In this document: piece by piece, positions 14,005-26,627 of the stretch | Position numbering within the stretch: position 1 is the stretch's first letter | Layout: each line of letters begins with the position of its first letter | NCBI GenBank assembly: GCA_964106645.2 | Contig: OZ067040.1 | DNA length: 64,000 nt | Reading direction: 5' to 3' (one strand) | Origin: Podarcis pityusensis | Lineage: Eukaryota | Position numbers and translations under genes: made by a program | Notes under the pieces: model-generated | What the model saw: the letters and a program-made list of their open reading frames with translations, nothing else | Databases searched by the model: none | What the model was told of the DNA's origin: nothing

Positions 14005-14933
14005 TCATTGTGCTCCTGAATAGAGAATGGGTAACCCTGATGACAGGCTGCAGTAAAACTGCGCAGGAGTTGGAAAACATGTTAACGAGTATGTATGGCA
14101 AGAGAAATTTAACCACCATGAAGCTTAGTTAACGATTAATGCTAGCTGCTTGAACCTGTGCTTCTAAAGCAAACATTGCCAGTGTGGAGTTAGATGAGCA
14201 GTGTTTTCCCCTGTGCTCAGTGCAGGCTGAGAGGCTGTGTGTATATCTGTCATCTTTTGCGAAAGAGAGAAAACAGCAGCAGTGTATCAGAAAGTCTTTT
14301 GCTGCCTCTTCAAACGCATACAGGAGGCATCATATTACTAAGACTTGCTATTTTCAAATGAAGAAGGAAGGGTGGCCTGGTGAGGTGCCCATTGTATATG
14401 TCTTGAGGTTCATAGGGTAACTGACCTGACTTACCCAGCTGTTGTTTTGCTTGTTTAACTGACTGTTGCCCAAGCAGGTGCTGGTGTAGTGAGAAGCTGC
14501 TTAGGATAGCTTACATACTTTTGCTTTCACACTTCAAGGAGGAAAACGAAGAGAATGCTAGTCGAGTACATACTTCGTACAGACAGTCACTAGCCCAGTT
14601 TGCACTTCACATTAAACCGTAGTTTAAAATGAGCTGTGTGTGTATGTGGGTTTTTTTAAAAGATGTTGCACTGCTGGTACTTGACTCCTCTTTGTCTATC
14701 AAAAGATAATCTAATGTTTGCTGGAAATGTGGGGGGAGAAAAGTGGATTAGATACATGTACAGTGGACCTGTGGGAAAATCAGAGGTTTTGAGGGGGGAA
14801 TGTTAATATAATGATTTGAAACATTGTAATTTAGTGGAAAATCTGCTGACTGAATGAAGCCAGTACTAACCAAATTGCATATTCAAATAATTCCAACCAA
14901 GCAGGCAGGAGTGGTTTAATAAAATATGGTATA

Positions 14934-15146
14934 CAGTAGAACCTCGGGTTGCGAACGTGATCCATGCAGGAGGCACGTTCGCAACCCGCAGCGCCACATC
15001 TACGCATGTGCGTGATGCATTTTGGTGTCTCTGCACATGCGCGAGCGCTGAAACCCAGAAGTAACCCATTCCAGTACTTCTGGGTTCGGCACATCCGTAA
15101 CCTGAAAATGCACAACCCGCAGCATTCACAAACGGAGGTATGACTG
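14934..15146. mobile_element. Tc1/pogo-type MITE (family D)
   Basis: TA TSD; imperfect TIRs CAGTAGAACCTCGGGTTGCGAA / reverse complement CAGTCATACCTCCGTTTGTGAA; internal inverted GGGTTGCGAACGTG...CACGTTCGCAACCC. Confidence 0.8.
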
Positions 15147-16310
15147 TATTTACATGATGCCTTACTTGCTTACTGAGCTTACAGATGTGGTATGATTAGG
15201 AAGAAAGATGACAGAGCAAAAGAACAGTTTGAGAGAACGTGGCCTCCCTTTCACTGTTTTCATGAAGCAGTAGTTTGGAACTATTTATAACTTTTTCACT
15301 GCTGGTATAAATCTGAGACTGTATAAGATGTGAATAAACAGTGTGTTGCAGCATGCAGCTCAAATGTTCCCAGGGGTTTCCTCCTGCTGCTGCCATGCTG
15401 GGGATGAAGAAAAGCCAGTGCTTGTGTTGTTGTCTGAAAGCAGGCTTGTATTTTGTTTCCTGAAAATAAACCTTGGTTGCTATCATGGGTTCTTTTGGTG
15501 GAAACAAACCATGAGCCCAGGTTCAAACTACACAACACAACAGCAGCAGAAGAAGAAGCAGGCAAGGAATACCATGGGAACTTTCCAAGAGCATGCACTA
15601 GCATGCTGCATTTTCACATCAAGCCAGTTTGTTTAAAACTCTTCTTTCATGTGATATGTGAACCAGACCACTGTAGATGACAGGGAGCTGTGGAACAGCT
15701 GCCAGAGTGTTGGCTAGAAGCCTATCAACTGGAACATACAGTGCCCAACTTGTAGTAACTGAATTGGTTGTCTGTTTGTATCAGAGCCCAGTTTGAAGCG
15801 TGGTGTTTAACCTCCAAAGGCCTTAACATCTAGGACCAAGATACTTTGGGAACTGCTCTCTCACCAAACACCAGCCCAACTTTTAACCCTAACCCTGTAC
15901 TGTCCTCACCAAAGATTCAACAAATGGGTGAGAGATAAGACCTTTAAGTTGGTAGCACCCAAAATTTAGGTATGTACTCCTTGGGGAGTGACATCTTCCC
16001 ATATTCAGATGTGTTTTCATCTACTCATTGGGTAGACATGCTTTGAAAACAGGCTTTTAATATTTAGTGGTCAACAGCTTGTAAAGGGGGTTCAACCTGA
16101 TGCTACTACTCTACTGTTTTAAATGATAGGATTGTTAATTCTTATTTCTTCATTTAAGTTACACTCTGCTTTTCTATAATACTTTCATATTCAAAATGGG
16201 CTTACAAAGCATGGTAAGCAGCATCAAGCAATTGAAATAAAAGATAAAAATATAATTAATGATCCTACTATCTAAAATGATTAGTGTGTTGCAGTACTCA
16301 ACAAATTTAA

Positions 16311-16314
<4 letters not shown>

Positions 16315-16350
<36 letters not shown>
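16315..16350. repeat. (TAA)12 microsatellite
   Basis: Direct reading. Confidence 0.95.
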
Positions 16351-16352
<2 letters not shown>

Positions 16353-16780
16353 TTCAAAATCACTTAAGGCAGGATCCAAATATCTCTTTTAAGCATACCC
16401 AGTAGGATTTTTTTTAACTTTTTGTCTCCATCATTTGCTTTTGATTGCAAAGAACAAAGTTTAGACTATCCATGAAAATCATTTGGGGTGAAAAGTTACT
16501 TTTCTAACACTTTTATGACAATTTTATCAGTTTCAGTGTACTTCCAAATATTTACAATGCTTTGCCTGGGGGGAAAGTACACATGAAATCTCAAACTCTC
16601 ATAGCTAGAGTATTAATGCCAAAGACTGTCTGGAGGACAAAGGTTATGAAGTGCATGTTTAAAGAGTCTGCAGAATAGAAGGCCAGGGGCCATGCTGCCA
16701 AGTTGTTAGATTCATGACAGGGCAGGGGCTTCGTTGCAGTACCTAAAACTGAATAGAAAGAGAGTTTCAACAGATACATT

Positions 16781-16864
16781 GGCCTGGTTAGCACATAATG
16801 CTAAACCATGGTTCATTAAACCATAGCTTAACATTATGACTTGGATTTATGTGTGAACCCAGCC
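16781..16864. mobile_element. short TIR element (possibly PIF/Harbinger-like), in a cluster of AACCATGGTT-type remnants (16780-17270)
   Basis: Termini GGCCTGGTTAGCACATAA / TTATGTGTGAACCCAGCC are inverted. Confidence 0.45.
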
Positions 16865-19800
16865 TAGCAGATTACTTATGGTTACTATGATTAAAGGTCA
16901 CTCATTAACCAACATTTGCAGTTGGTTTATAAATCTTAGTTAACACTAACCATAGCTTAGTATTACTGGAGAACCAGGACCTCCATAGCTATGTTTAAAG
17001 AGACATCATCACCCAAAAGCTACAGAGCTGCAAATGAAAAGTGGCAAAAAATATTTTTTTAAAAACATCAAATCCGACTTCCCTCTGGGATGGGCTGCTT
17101 TCACTGATGCTCTTAACTACTGTATTCTGTGACATAATTAACTAAGGTTTAAGTGATCATACACTAGACACCTTAGCTTTCGCTATGGTTCATGGTCAGC
17201 TTTAGCTGTGGTTAACATTAACCATGGTTTAGTGTTAAGTGCAGACTAGGCAATCAGCTACCATTATAATGTGCAGCGTTCAAAGACCCTGAACATGCTG
17301 GTGTTAGCATGAGCCTCTCTGAAGCCATGTGATTTGAAAATGAAAGTAATAGAAGGAATAATAAAGATTTGCCCTTCTTTCTTTATCTTCTTTATTATTA
17401 CAACACATATAGCCTGTTTTTTTACATATAGGTGTCCAAGGTCAGTATAGCTCTGTTACTGAACTGATCCCAGAGGCAGGATTTTCCATAACAGAATATA
17501 CATGAGGCAGCCCATGTGAAAAACATTATGTCAGAATATAAAACACATGTGGCTTCTGCAGAAAAATGTTATATTGTTAGAAGGAACTTGTTATTCACAT
17601 TTATTTTTAGTTTAAAGCTTTTTTCAGTTTCAAGTTTTGAGGAAACTAAGTGTGCTGGCCAATCAAGGACTAATTCTTAAGGGGCTGCTTTGTGTCTCCC
17701 AGAGACTGCCAATATCTGTTTGTTGAGTGATGCAATGGTTTGCTGATTAAACAGCTCACCATAGGGTTTGGGGCAAAAACTGTGGACATTTAACCAATTT
17801 GAACAATTTATTGCTGTAATTGAAGGGTTTAGTTGGTGTTTATTAACTAACCTTCCTGCTATGTTTACTAACTTATCACGAGAATAACCCTTGGCCCTGA
17901 CTTTTTATTTTTTAGATTTTCCGTAGGTAGTATGGATACTTAAGTTGTCAGTAGTCAAGGTCAGGATTTCATATAATCCTGTTTTTCAAATTCAGAAGAA
18001 TTGCTGGCTTTCCCCCTCAGTGGGAAATACATAAATATTATAAGATATATGTTGCTGCACAAAAACTATCCTTTTACTTTTAAAAAAGCTTGTCGTTTTT
18101 CTTTCTTGACATAGACGTGACATCTGAAGGGTAGTCTAAAACTCACACTGTGCCACAGTGTGATCTGTGCGATAAGCGACGTGTGCCACTGTGTTTTTCC
18201 TTTATATAAGATTTGTAACCATTCCTGTCCTAATCATCGTTAAAATGGACTCGTAACTAGAAGAATGGCATTATTGCTGTGTTGTACAGCAGGAGCTCCA
18301 ATGAAATGTCAGAGGCACACGTCGCTTCTCGCACAGATCTATTCAATATAACAATGTGTGCTGGTGGCAATACCAGCCTACTTTCTCCCTCCTTCTTCAA
18401 AAGCTGTTTAACTAGAACTAATTGACCATTCCTAAAGTGCAATTAGCAAGGATATTAATCTATTTTTGACAGGTGTGGAAATTGGTTCCTTCTTGCCTAT
18501 TCAGTAGACACTGAATCTGAGTAACCATGCAGATGTCTGAAATGTTTCGCCTTTTACATTCGCATTGGATATGTCAAAACTGAATACTGTAGACTATGTT
18601 TGTCTGGTCTGATCAGCCATAGAGTATCAGGCCAAGAAAATAAATACACTTGGAGTTATCATAACAGTTGAAATAAAATGTTTTCACTCATCATTTGGAA
18701 AAAGAATAAAAATATTAAGAGTTTGGGTTTTCTTCGTAAAAAATTTTCAAACATTTTCCAGTTTTTCCTTTTTGGGCAGGGGGTGGGGGGAGAGAGAGAC
18801 AGACGTTCCTCAGTTTCCCATGTGTTCTCTCACCCTGCTCCCGCAAGCATCCACATCTCAAGAATTTATCCTTAGAACTAGACAAGGAAATTTGTATTTC
18901 CTCCTTTAATTACAAGGAACTTTCACAGTACATGAATGAAACACAAAGCCTACCCCAAAGACATACATCTGTTTTACATAAGAGGAATGCATTTAGGAGT
19001 GTGAGAAATTGCTTAAAGATTATCTTGATACTAAGAATATGCAGTTTATTTACTTTATAATTATGCAGGGTTTGCTTTTGAGAAGCCCTCTATAATTTTC
19101 ACTACTTAGTCAAAGATGTATAATAAGACATCAATTGCTATAGGCACCCACCCCAGAAGGAAGACATGAGACAAGTTATGGACTGAGCTAGGCCAAAACA
19201 TAATTAAACATCTGCAACAGTGGTATTAACAAAGGCCCCCTAAATATCCTGACTTCCTATGCAAGCCAATCTGTTGTTGATCCTCTGAGAAGGAGAAAAA
19301 CCATGGAGTCCTCCCACTCGTATTGTGAGTTAGTCTACCTGGCTCAGAAAATGAAACAGAGCCAACATCCCCATTTAAATTTCCTTGAAGTGGTTACACT
19401 GCTGAACTGCTGTTGCTGAAAGACTTCATTATGTCCAGGGGTCCCCAAGTATTCCAGATCCAATGATATTGCTTTTAGGATCACTATTTCACACACACAC
19501 AAAATTCAGGATACTCATCAATGACCCAACCTTCCCTAACTTTGCAGAGTCTCTGTGTATATGTGTGTGTATGCATATATGTGTATTTAAAACAATTTTT
19601 TAAAAGAGAACTCAGTGTTGTTATATGTTGTGCTCCAAATGTTATACATGGCTGATGTATACTTATTAATAATCTCACATACTATAAACCTGTTCACCTA
19701 CACTTCACTGCTTTGACTTGCAAAAGCTACAATGTTGCATGATTATTTTGACAATTGAGCCCCTTCAGTAACTCCAGACCACTCCTGAGGAATCAAGGCC

Positions 19801-19995
19801 AGCCCCCAAATTTGTCCTCAGCACAATACAACCTAAGCCTGGCTGCCAACATTCACATTTCACTAGCATTGCAACGGCTACCTTCATGCAAATCTAGTTT
19901 ATTTTTAAAAATACAGATCCTGCTTGCTTTATGTGAACTTCACAATACATTAATTACAGTTGAACCTGCCTGACAATTGCTATTTGTGTTGGAAG

Positions 19996-20226
19996 TAGAA
20001 TCACAGAATTGTAGAGTTGGAAGGGACCACAAGCGTTATCTAGTAGTCCAACCCTCTGCAATGGTAGGAATCTTTTGTCCAACATGGGGCTTGAACCCAC
20101 AACCCTGTAAATCACCCCATGGATGGACAGCTGTCTGTTCAGGATGATGTACCTATGAATTTCCTGCACTGAATAGGTGGTTGGACTAAATGACCTATGA
20201 GACCTATTCCAGCCCCATGAATCTTC
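19996..20226. mobile_element. two CR1-type 3' ends in opposite orientation (left one is a tRNA-SINE with CR1 tail on -, right one on +)
   Basis: AGAATCACAGAATTGTAGAGTTGGAAGGGACC plus GGGGCTTGAACCC (reversed box B); TTCCTGCACTGAATAGGTGGTTGGACTAAATGACC...TTCCAGCCCCATGAATCT. Confidence 0.6.
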
Positions 20227-21115
20227 AAAACAGGGACACTGTCAGAATAATAGAATACAGCAAAATGCACTCTGTGTACCACTGGGGGAAGTAGCTATTT
20301 GCTGTAAAAGTAAGAGGCAGAAGAAGAATCATAGATTCTTCTGTCTTTCATTTTGCAAGTCAAGAGGAAATGACAAAAAGTAAAAGCAAATGAAGATGGA
20401 TGAAACGCCAAAAGGGTGAAGGGGATTCTCCTGTACAGGGATCAAGAATTGACTCCTGGGTCACTTCAGCTGTTACTGCTCTTTGTGGTGTGTGTTTTTC
20501 AAAAGGCATTTCCAGAGGGCCACTTCCTGATGGTAGCTGAGGCAAAGACCTTTAAAACTTTGTCTATAGGTCATTCAGAGGTCATTGTAAATTGAACTCA
20601 ATATCTTTGATAGGAGGGAAGCAGAAAGCTCTAGGGAACAAACCTAGTTTACATATCATGTTATATTTGTAAAATTAGTTGGGTTCATTAAAGCCAAAAT
20701 GCCCTTACCAGGTAATGGAGGACATGTCTTCAACTTACAGCTGGGAAAGATAATTGGTACACTTCAGACCAATTAGCAATGAAGGAAGCTCAGTTAAAAT
20801 CTAGTTTTCTGCAGGTTGTAATAGAATAAAATCGATAAAATTATTCTGTACATGGTTTACAAAAAAGGGAAAATGTCATCATTGGAGGAAAATAATTGTC
20901 TTTGAGAGAGAAAGAACAAACTGGTGTTTAATGAGCAAGCTCTGCCTCATATACCAAAAATTTCAAAACACAGAAACATATCTATATTTCACGCCAGCAC
21001 TCTAAACATACTTACTATGAAGCAGATCACACGCTTCCATAATATATACATCCATTCAGTTAATCTTAAATTGAATTAAAATACTAGTGTAAATATATAC
21101 AGAATACAATTAGTT

Positions 21116-21340
21116 TGAATCTGGACTGCTCTCTGCCCCAGCCTCTTCCTGCTCACTAAATCCTGTTGCCTCTTCAGCTTCTGACACCTCCTCTTCCCAG
21201 TCTGTCCAGTCTTCTCCCTCTGACCACTCATTATCACCTCAACACAAATCCCCTGGCTCTGAGACACCTTCACCTGGGGATTCCCTTGGGGGCTGCCCAG
21301 CTGGTGCCCCCCCCCCACCACATCCAGCCAATCCATGACA
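21116..21340 (-). mobile_element. LTR-like repeat fragment
   Basis: Minus strand begins TGTCATGGATTGGCTGGATG and is purine-rich; resembles a dispersed lizard repeat by pattern recognition only; other end not found. Confidence 0.35.
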
Positions 21341-21541
21341 GCTACAGGAGAAAGGAGGGCATTTGCAAAAATTGCTTGCCCTTCCTCCTTTTGCTAGAAA
21401 CAAATATAGAATTGTTCTTGCTAGAAAGAGATTATAAACTATGATACCTTCTGCGTGGTCTGTCAAGTGGATTAAAAAAAAAAAAGTCCCTTAATTTTCC
21501 ACAGTACCTTGAATTTAGGTACAATAACTTGATTTCAATTA

Positions 21542-21787
21542 GTAGGGGCATGGCTTGCGTGCGAGGGCTACTGCGCTGCCAGCGTTGCTGCCACTGCTGA
21601 TGCTAGGCGTCAAAAGGGGCCACCAGAGCAAGTCCGGTCAGGTGGGTGGGCAGGCGGGCAGAGGAGATGGCGAACGAGGGCAGTGGCGCCAGGGCCGGTT
21701 TCCAGATAGCCACGAGTCTGGCAGAGGTAGCGAGCTTGATGGGTACTTCAGAGCAGGCGCTGTGCCTCATCCTGTCCATTTTCATGG
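21542..21787 (+). pseudogene. LPCAT3: tailless retroposed fragment of LPCAT3 (MBOAT5) 5' UTR plus first 40 codons
   Basis: ATG 21667 (GAGATGG) reads MANEGSGARAGFQIATSLAEVASLMGTSEQALCLILSIFMG, similar to recalled human LPCAT3 SLNKLATSLGASEQALRLIISIFLG; GC-rich with 14 CpG in AT-rich flanks; perfect 11-bp TSD GATTTCAATTA at 21531-21541 and 21788-21798. Confidence 0.82.
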
Positions 21788-22339
21788 GATTTCAATTAAT
21801 AACTATGAGGCCCATATTTCTAATATTGCATAATACCAATGACGGACTGGTTTGTGTTACTGAGGGCAGGGGTGGGGAGATGAAAAACTAGAGATACTGT
21901 CCTGACTAAAAATAAGGGGTTTTTTTTTATTAAAAAAACAACAACCAAGAAACATTTGGTATCAACTGGAGGCTGGTTTAGGGGTTATTGTCCAGAAGGA
22001 CACAATACGTGTGATTGTTTTCTCTCCGGAAGCCATGCCCAGGTGGTGAAAGTTAAGTATTGTTGCTCAGATAAGGTCTGAAAGCAGTTTTCCTGGATGT
22101 CTTCCTTGCCCTTCTGTCAAATGGTCTCTATGAATGCAAAGCTGTGGACAGACATAGTCCAGACCTATTGACAACTTTTGGAGGTGGAGCAGTGAGGATT
22201 TTGAGCCTGCATTTTGGATACGACACTACTTCATATTTCTGACTAGAAATCTAAACTAGAGATGCAGAGATCACAAGAGACAAGTGGTTTGAATTAGGAA
22301 ATTGCCTTTGCATCTGTAATACTGAGAGCATCCTAGCTG

Positions 22340-22488
22340 CAGTGCTTTTTTCTAAAAAAAAAAAATGTTTAGGGGTACTCTAATTTTCCTACTCCTATTG
22401 AAATACTGCCCCTCAATGAGGCCAAACTTAGATTCACAAAATGTTTAGGGGTATGCGTACCCCTGCGTACCCCCAGAAAAAAGCACTG
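22340..22488. mobile_element. hAT-type MITE (family B, copy 2, inverted relative to copy 1)
   Basis: TIRs CAGTGCTTTTTTCT / AGAAAAAAGCACTG; perfect 8-bp TSD CCTAGCTG. Confidence 0.9.
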
Positions 22489-22767
22489 CCTAGCTGTATG
22501 TGAAAGGGTATTATCCTAGAATGGTTTCTTTAAATGTTAACTTTTATGTTTGCTGCTGAAGCAACGTGTATGGGGAAACAACTGCACACAGCAAGCCTCT
22601 TTAAAAGATAGGGGGGACCTTGTTTATATATCTTTGGCTTTATATATCTTTATATATCTTTATCAACAACAATTTACATGTACTGCTCATAAGCTGTGAA
22701 TAAATCTGCATTGAAAAATATTATAGAACTTTTTAAAATCATGCCTTCTACCTTTCAGTCTACTAGC

Positions 22768-22814
22768 ATTATATTATATTATATTATATTATATTATATT
22801 ATATTATATTATAT
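22768..22814. repeat. (ATTAT)n microsatellite
   Basis: Direct reading. Confidence 0.95.
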
Positions 22815-23629
22815 CACATTACATATTTCAAATTGGAAATGCTTTAATCAGCGTTTATAACTGACTTGACAGCATAATTGTCCCATTTTTATGAGAAAGA
22901 ATTGTTACCTAAAAAGATAACTACAATGCTCAGATTTGCATTTCCTTGTCACCACTTTTTCTGAGTGAAAAAGTATTTTTTCTATCCACTCTTTTTTCTC
23001 ATAGTGAAAATGAAAAGTGTGTGGCTTTACCAAAGCCAGGATTATATATAAGTAAATATGGATTATTATCACCATCATCATTTTATAGCTGAACCTAATG
23101 ATGAACAGGTATTGTTCTTATCCTCATTTATAAACCTGAAATTAAGATAAACTTTATATTTTCAACAGTGCCCACTTGAATATCTATTTTTTCTTCTTGC
23201 ATTTGGTTTTATTGAAAATATAATTGTAGTATTTAACACTTCTGAAAAGAATTACAATTGAAAACTTCCTTCTATTAACAGACAAATAGTATAAATGCAG
23301 TACCAACAGAGGCTTCTTTCCCCATGTGCTATCAGCACATTTTCTGGTTTAATCATCTTGGGGTATTGAATGTTCAGTTTATTTATGATGCTGTATATCT
23401 CTGATACATATTGAATACTTAAAGGGGAGCAGTGAGATTTTTAAGATGATCCCAGAGTGATGAATAATGCGCTCGTTTGCTAAATATTTGTGATCTGATT
23501 TTTATATTGAGTACTAATAGTTATTAAAATTGGTTCTTTAAAGAGCATGTGATTACAAACCTCAGGAAATCAAATATTTTTGCTGGGCCTCCTGCCCAAT
23601 AATTTCTTCCAAATATTATTGCAAATGAT

Positions 23630-23634
<5 letters not shown>

Positions 23635-23662
<28 letters not shown>
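23635..23662. repeat. (TG)14 microsatellite
   Basis: Direct reading. Confidence 0.95.
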
Positions 23663-23668
<6 letters not shown>

Positions 23669-26109
23669 TGAAACAATAAGCCTTCAGAAAGAGGTTATAA
23701 TAAAGAGAGATTGTAAGATTTTATTATTTTTGTAGTTTTGACTTCCAAAATCAAAGGCCTGCCCCCCAATAATCCTAATGGATTGACTTCCAAAATTCCT
23801 TGGATTTGTAATGCTGGACTTGTTTCTCTCTGAGGCTTAGCTGGATTCCCTGCAGATAGATTTTCAGGTTTATAAACTGTAATACCACTTAGTCCAGCTG
23901 TAAATTTGTGGTGACTGACTTGATATAACATTATAGGAAGAGAGCAGTTTTACCTATAAAAGTCCAGTGTATCAAATACCAAGGGAGCAGGAACAGGGAA
24001 CGGACTTTTCAATTAGTTGGCTGTGTGGCCTGATTGAACAACTGCCCTGTGGCTAACAAAGCTTTGTCTGTAGTATCGGCTTGCTCCTCGTCCAACAGGG
24101 CAAATAGAGTGATTCTGTGATTGGTCATTAATGGGCTAGTCATCGGGTGGAGGTTTTGTTCTTAAATGGGGGCTTTGTCTTATCCCTGCTGTTTAAGCCC
24201 CCTCCAAGCACTCCTCACCTGTCATATCTGTCATACATTTAATTCATCACGCTCTCTGGTCAAAAGCTACACTGATAGTATCAAAAGCAAAAGAGGGGGA
24301 TTCTTATAACTTTAGCGATCAAAGGAGATTACCAGGCAAATAAGATTTTAATGAAGAAGGAAGGTTTGTGGAAGGACAATTTACTGCATTGTGATTCAAC
24401 AACTTGCATGTTTTTTAAACTCGTATTATTAAAACTCACCTGCAATGGTTCAAACATCCAATCACTGATAAATCTGCTGCTTCAGAGAAAGACATGTTTG
24501 TGTTTTCATTTAGACTTGCAAATTTTGTTTGCTGCTAAAAGAAAGAAGTCTGTATACATATTTCAAGCACTGTATTTAAATATAACAAATTTGGTAGAGC
24601 TTGTCTTACGCCACATATTTATCTCAACTCTAGATTAAATAAACCCTACTGGGGAATTATTTGAATGCTAGTACAACCCTAAACACTCTGATTTGTAATC
24701 ATTTCAGATGCAAAACAGATGGAAATTTGCCAGTTAAAAACATTGATTGATTTGGGCACAAGGTTAGTATCAAGAACATAATACTATGGTGGGCAAAGGT
24801 CCACTATGCCATATTTGTAAGGCTATATATCACATAAATATTTATTGGGTCAGGGCCTGGTTAAAGACTATTTTCTTATTTGTTTACAAGAGAACACATC
24901 CTCAGTGGTGGCGCCTTGTCTTAAAATTTAATGACCATTGCACTAATTCAGTTTTCCAACTGCATTTAAAAAGAAAAGAAAAACACCAGTCTGAATAGTA
25001 GAATGCTAACAGTTTGGGCTTTTTGCTTTTTCATTTGGCAATTTCAAAACCATTGATGGATTATCTGCAACAGATGCTGGTGCTGCAGAAGGTTGAGTGC
25101 AGCCCTGAATTTTCAGAGTCATTGGGGGGTGGGGATCAATTAATTGCAAAGATATTAAACATAATACAGAGATTCAGTAATTATTTAATCTCACTGATGT
25201 ATCATTCCAAATGTGTGTGTCGGCAGAATTGTATTTTATTTTTACCTTAAAGAACTGCCTTTGGGGTTGGAGAAAATTATCAGTTTTGTTTATCAGACTG
25301 TAAATATAGAAATAATTATATCACCACAAATTTGATTGTATTGTGGCAAGTCACAAGTACGAGCTGAATCAACAATAAATGGGCAACAATCTTCAATCCT
25401 GTAGCTAGATTTCACACATCCAATCATTGATGATTTCGCCCCAACAGAAAGTCAGAATTGGACAGAAAATGGGTTCAGAGTAATTGTCTATACTAGCAGA
25501 ACTGAAATATTCCATGTATGAAATTAAAACCTGCAGGATTACTGTCCCTGCCTATAGTGCATAATGGCAGATAAGGCAACAGGTGACAAATGGTATAGTG
25601 TCTTGGATGTCTAGTATCAGCCATTAGCACAAGGACAGAGAACTGTAGTCTGAGGGACACATTTCCTTCTAGGCAACCTTCTAGGAGCCTCATGTTAGTT
25701 GTATGTAGGGCCATGAATGTTAATTTTACGTTTGCATTGTTTCTACACACACTCACATGTCCGAACAGGCAAGGAAGAAACAGTATCAGAGTTCAAGGAC
25801 ACATTTGAGTGAAGCATAAATTCTCAAGACAGAAGAAAAGCAGGACTGATGGGGAGAAGCAACAGATTGGGAGTGGGTGTGGCCCGACAGAGAGGTCTGA
25901 ATGCTGCATTTTACCCTCGGAACAGGGGTTCCCCATCCCTCCATTAGTATTTTTGTGCGCACAGAATATAAGCAAGATTTATTGGAAATATAAAGTGCAG
26001 TTTTAATCCATCCAAAGCAAATTTTATTTTAGCATAATCAGAATAGTGTGAGAAATGCAACAGTTTGTGCCCATCCTGTGACATTCGGTTAACACTGGAA
26101 GGTCCAGGC

Positions 26110-26238
26110 TAGCCTTCCCCAACTTGGTGCCCTCCTAGATCCTTTAGATGACAATTTCCATCAGCCCTAGCCAGCAAAAGCCCTACTTGCTGGAGTTCAT
26201 TGGCGTTGTAGTCCAAAGAATCTGGCTGGGGAAGGCTG
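26110..26238. mobile_element. short palindromic hAT-like element (GGACTACAACTCCC family)
   Basis: AGCCTTCCCCA / TGGGGAAGGCT inverted ends; GTTGTAGTCCAA core; no clean TSD. Confidence 0.6.
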
Positions 26239-26627
26239 ACCTAGGTTATATGAGAAACACCCACGATATGGCTCCTTTGTGCACCAGAATTGCAGTATTT
26301 CCTAGGAAATGGTAATTATTGAGAAAACGTGTTTAGCTTTTTTGATTTGACCTATTGCATAGTTGAGTAAGATGGCAGATAATGCTGGTCCTGATACAGA
26401 GATGCAGTCAAAAGACAGCAAAACCGCCGACATTTTCAAGAATTTCCTCTTCCCACCATTCACTGCTGATCAAAAGGATAGTATTTCGAGAAGGAAGGGG
26501 AGAACAGTGAATCATGCATGCCTACCTGAGCCCTGCATTTTGCCATCCTTCCCCATTTACCCCCAGCACTTTAATGACTGCAGTGCAGATGAGCTGAACG
26601 TCCTGAGTGGTATCTTGAAATTATATA

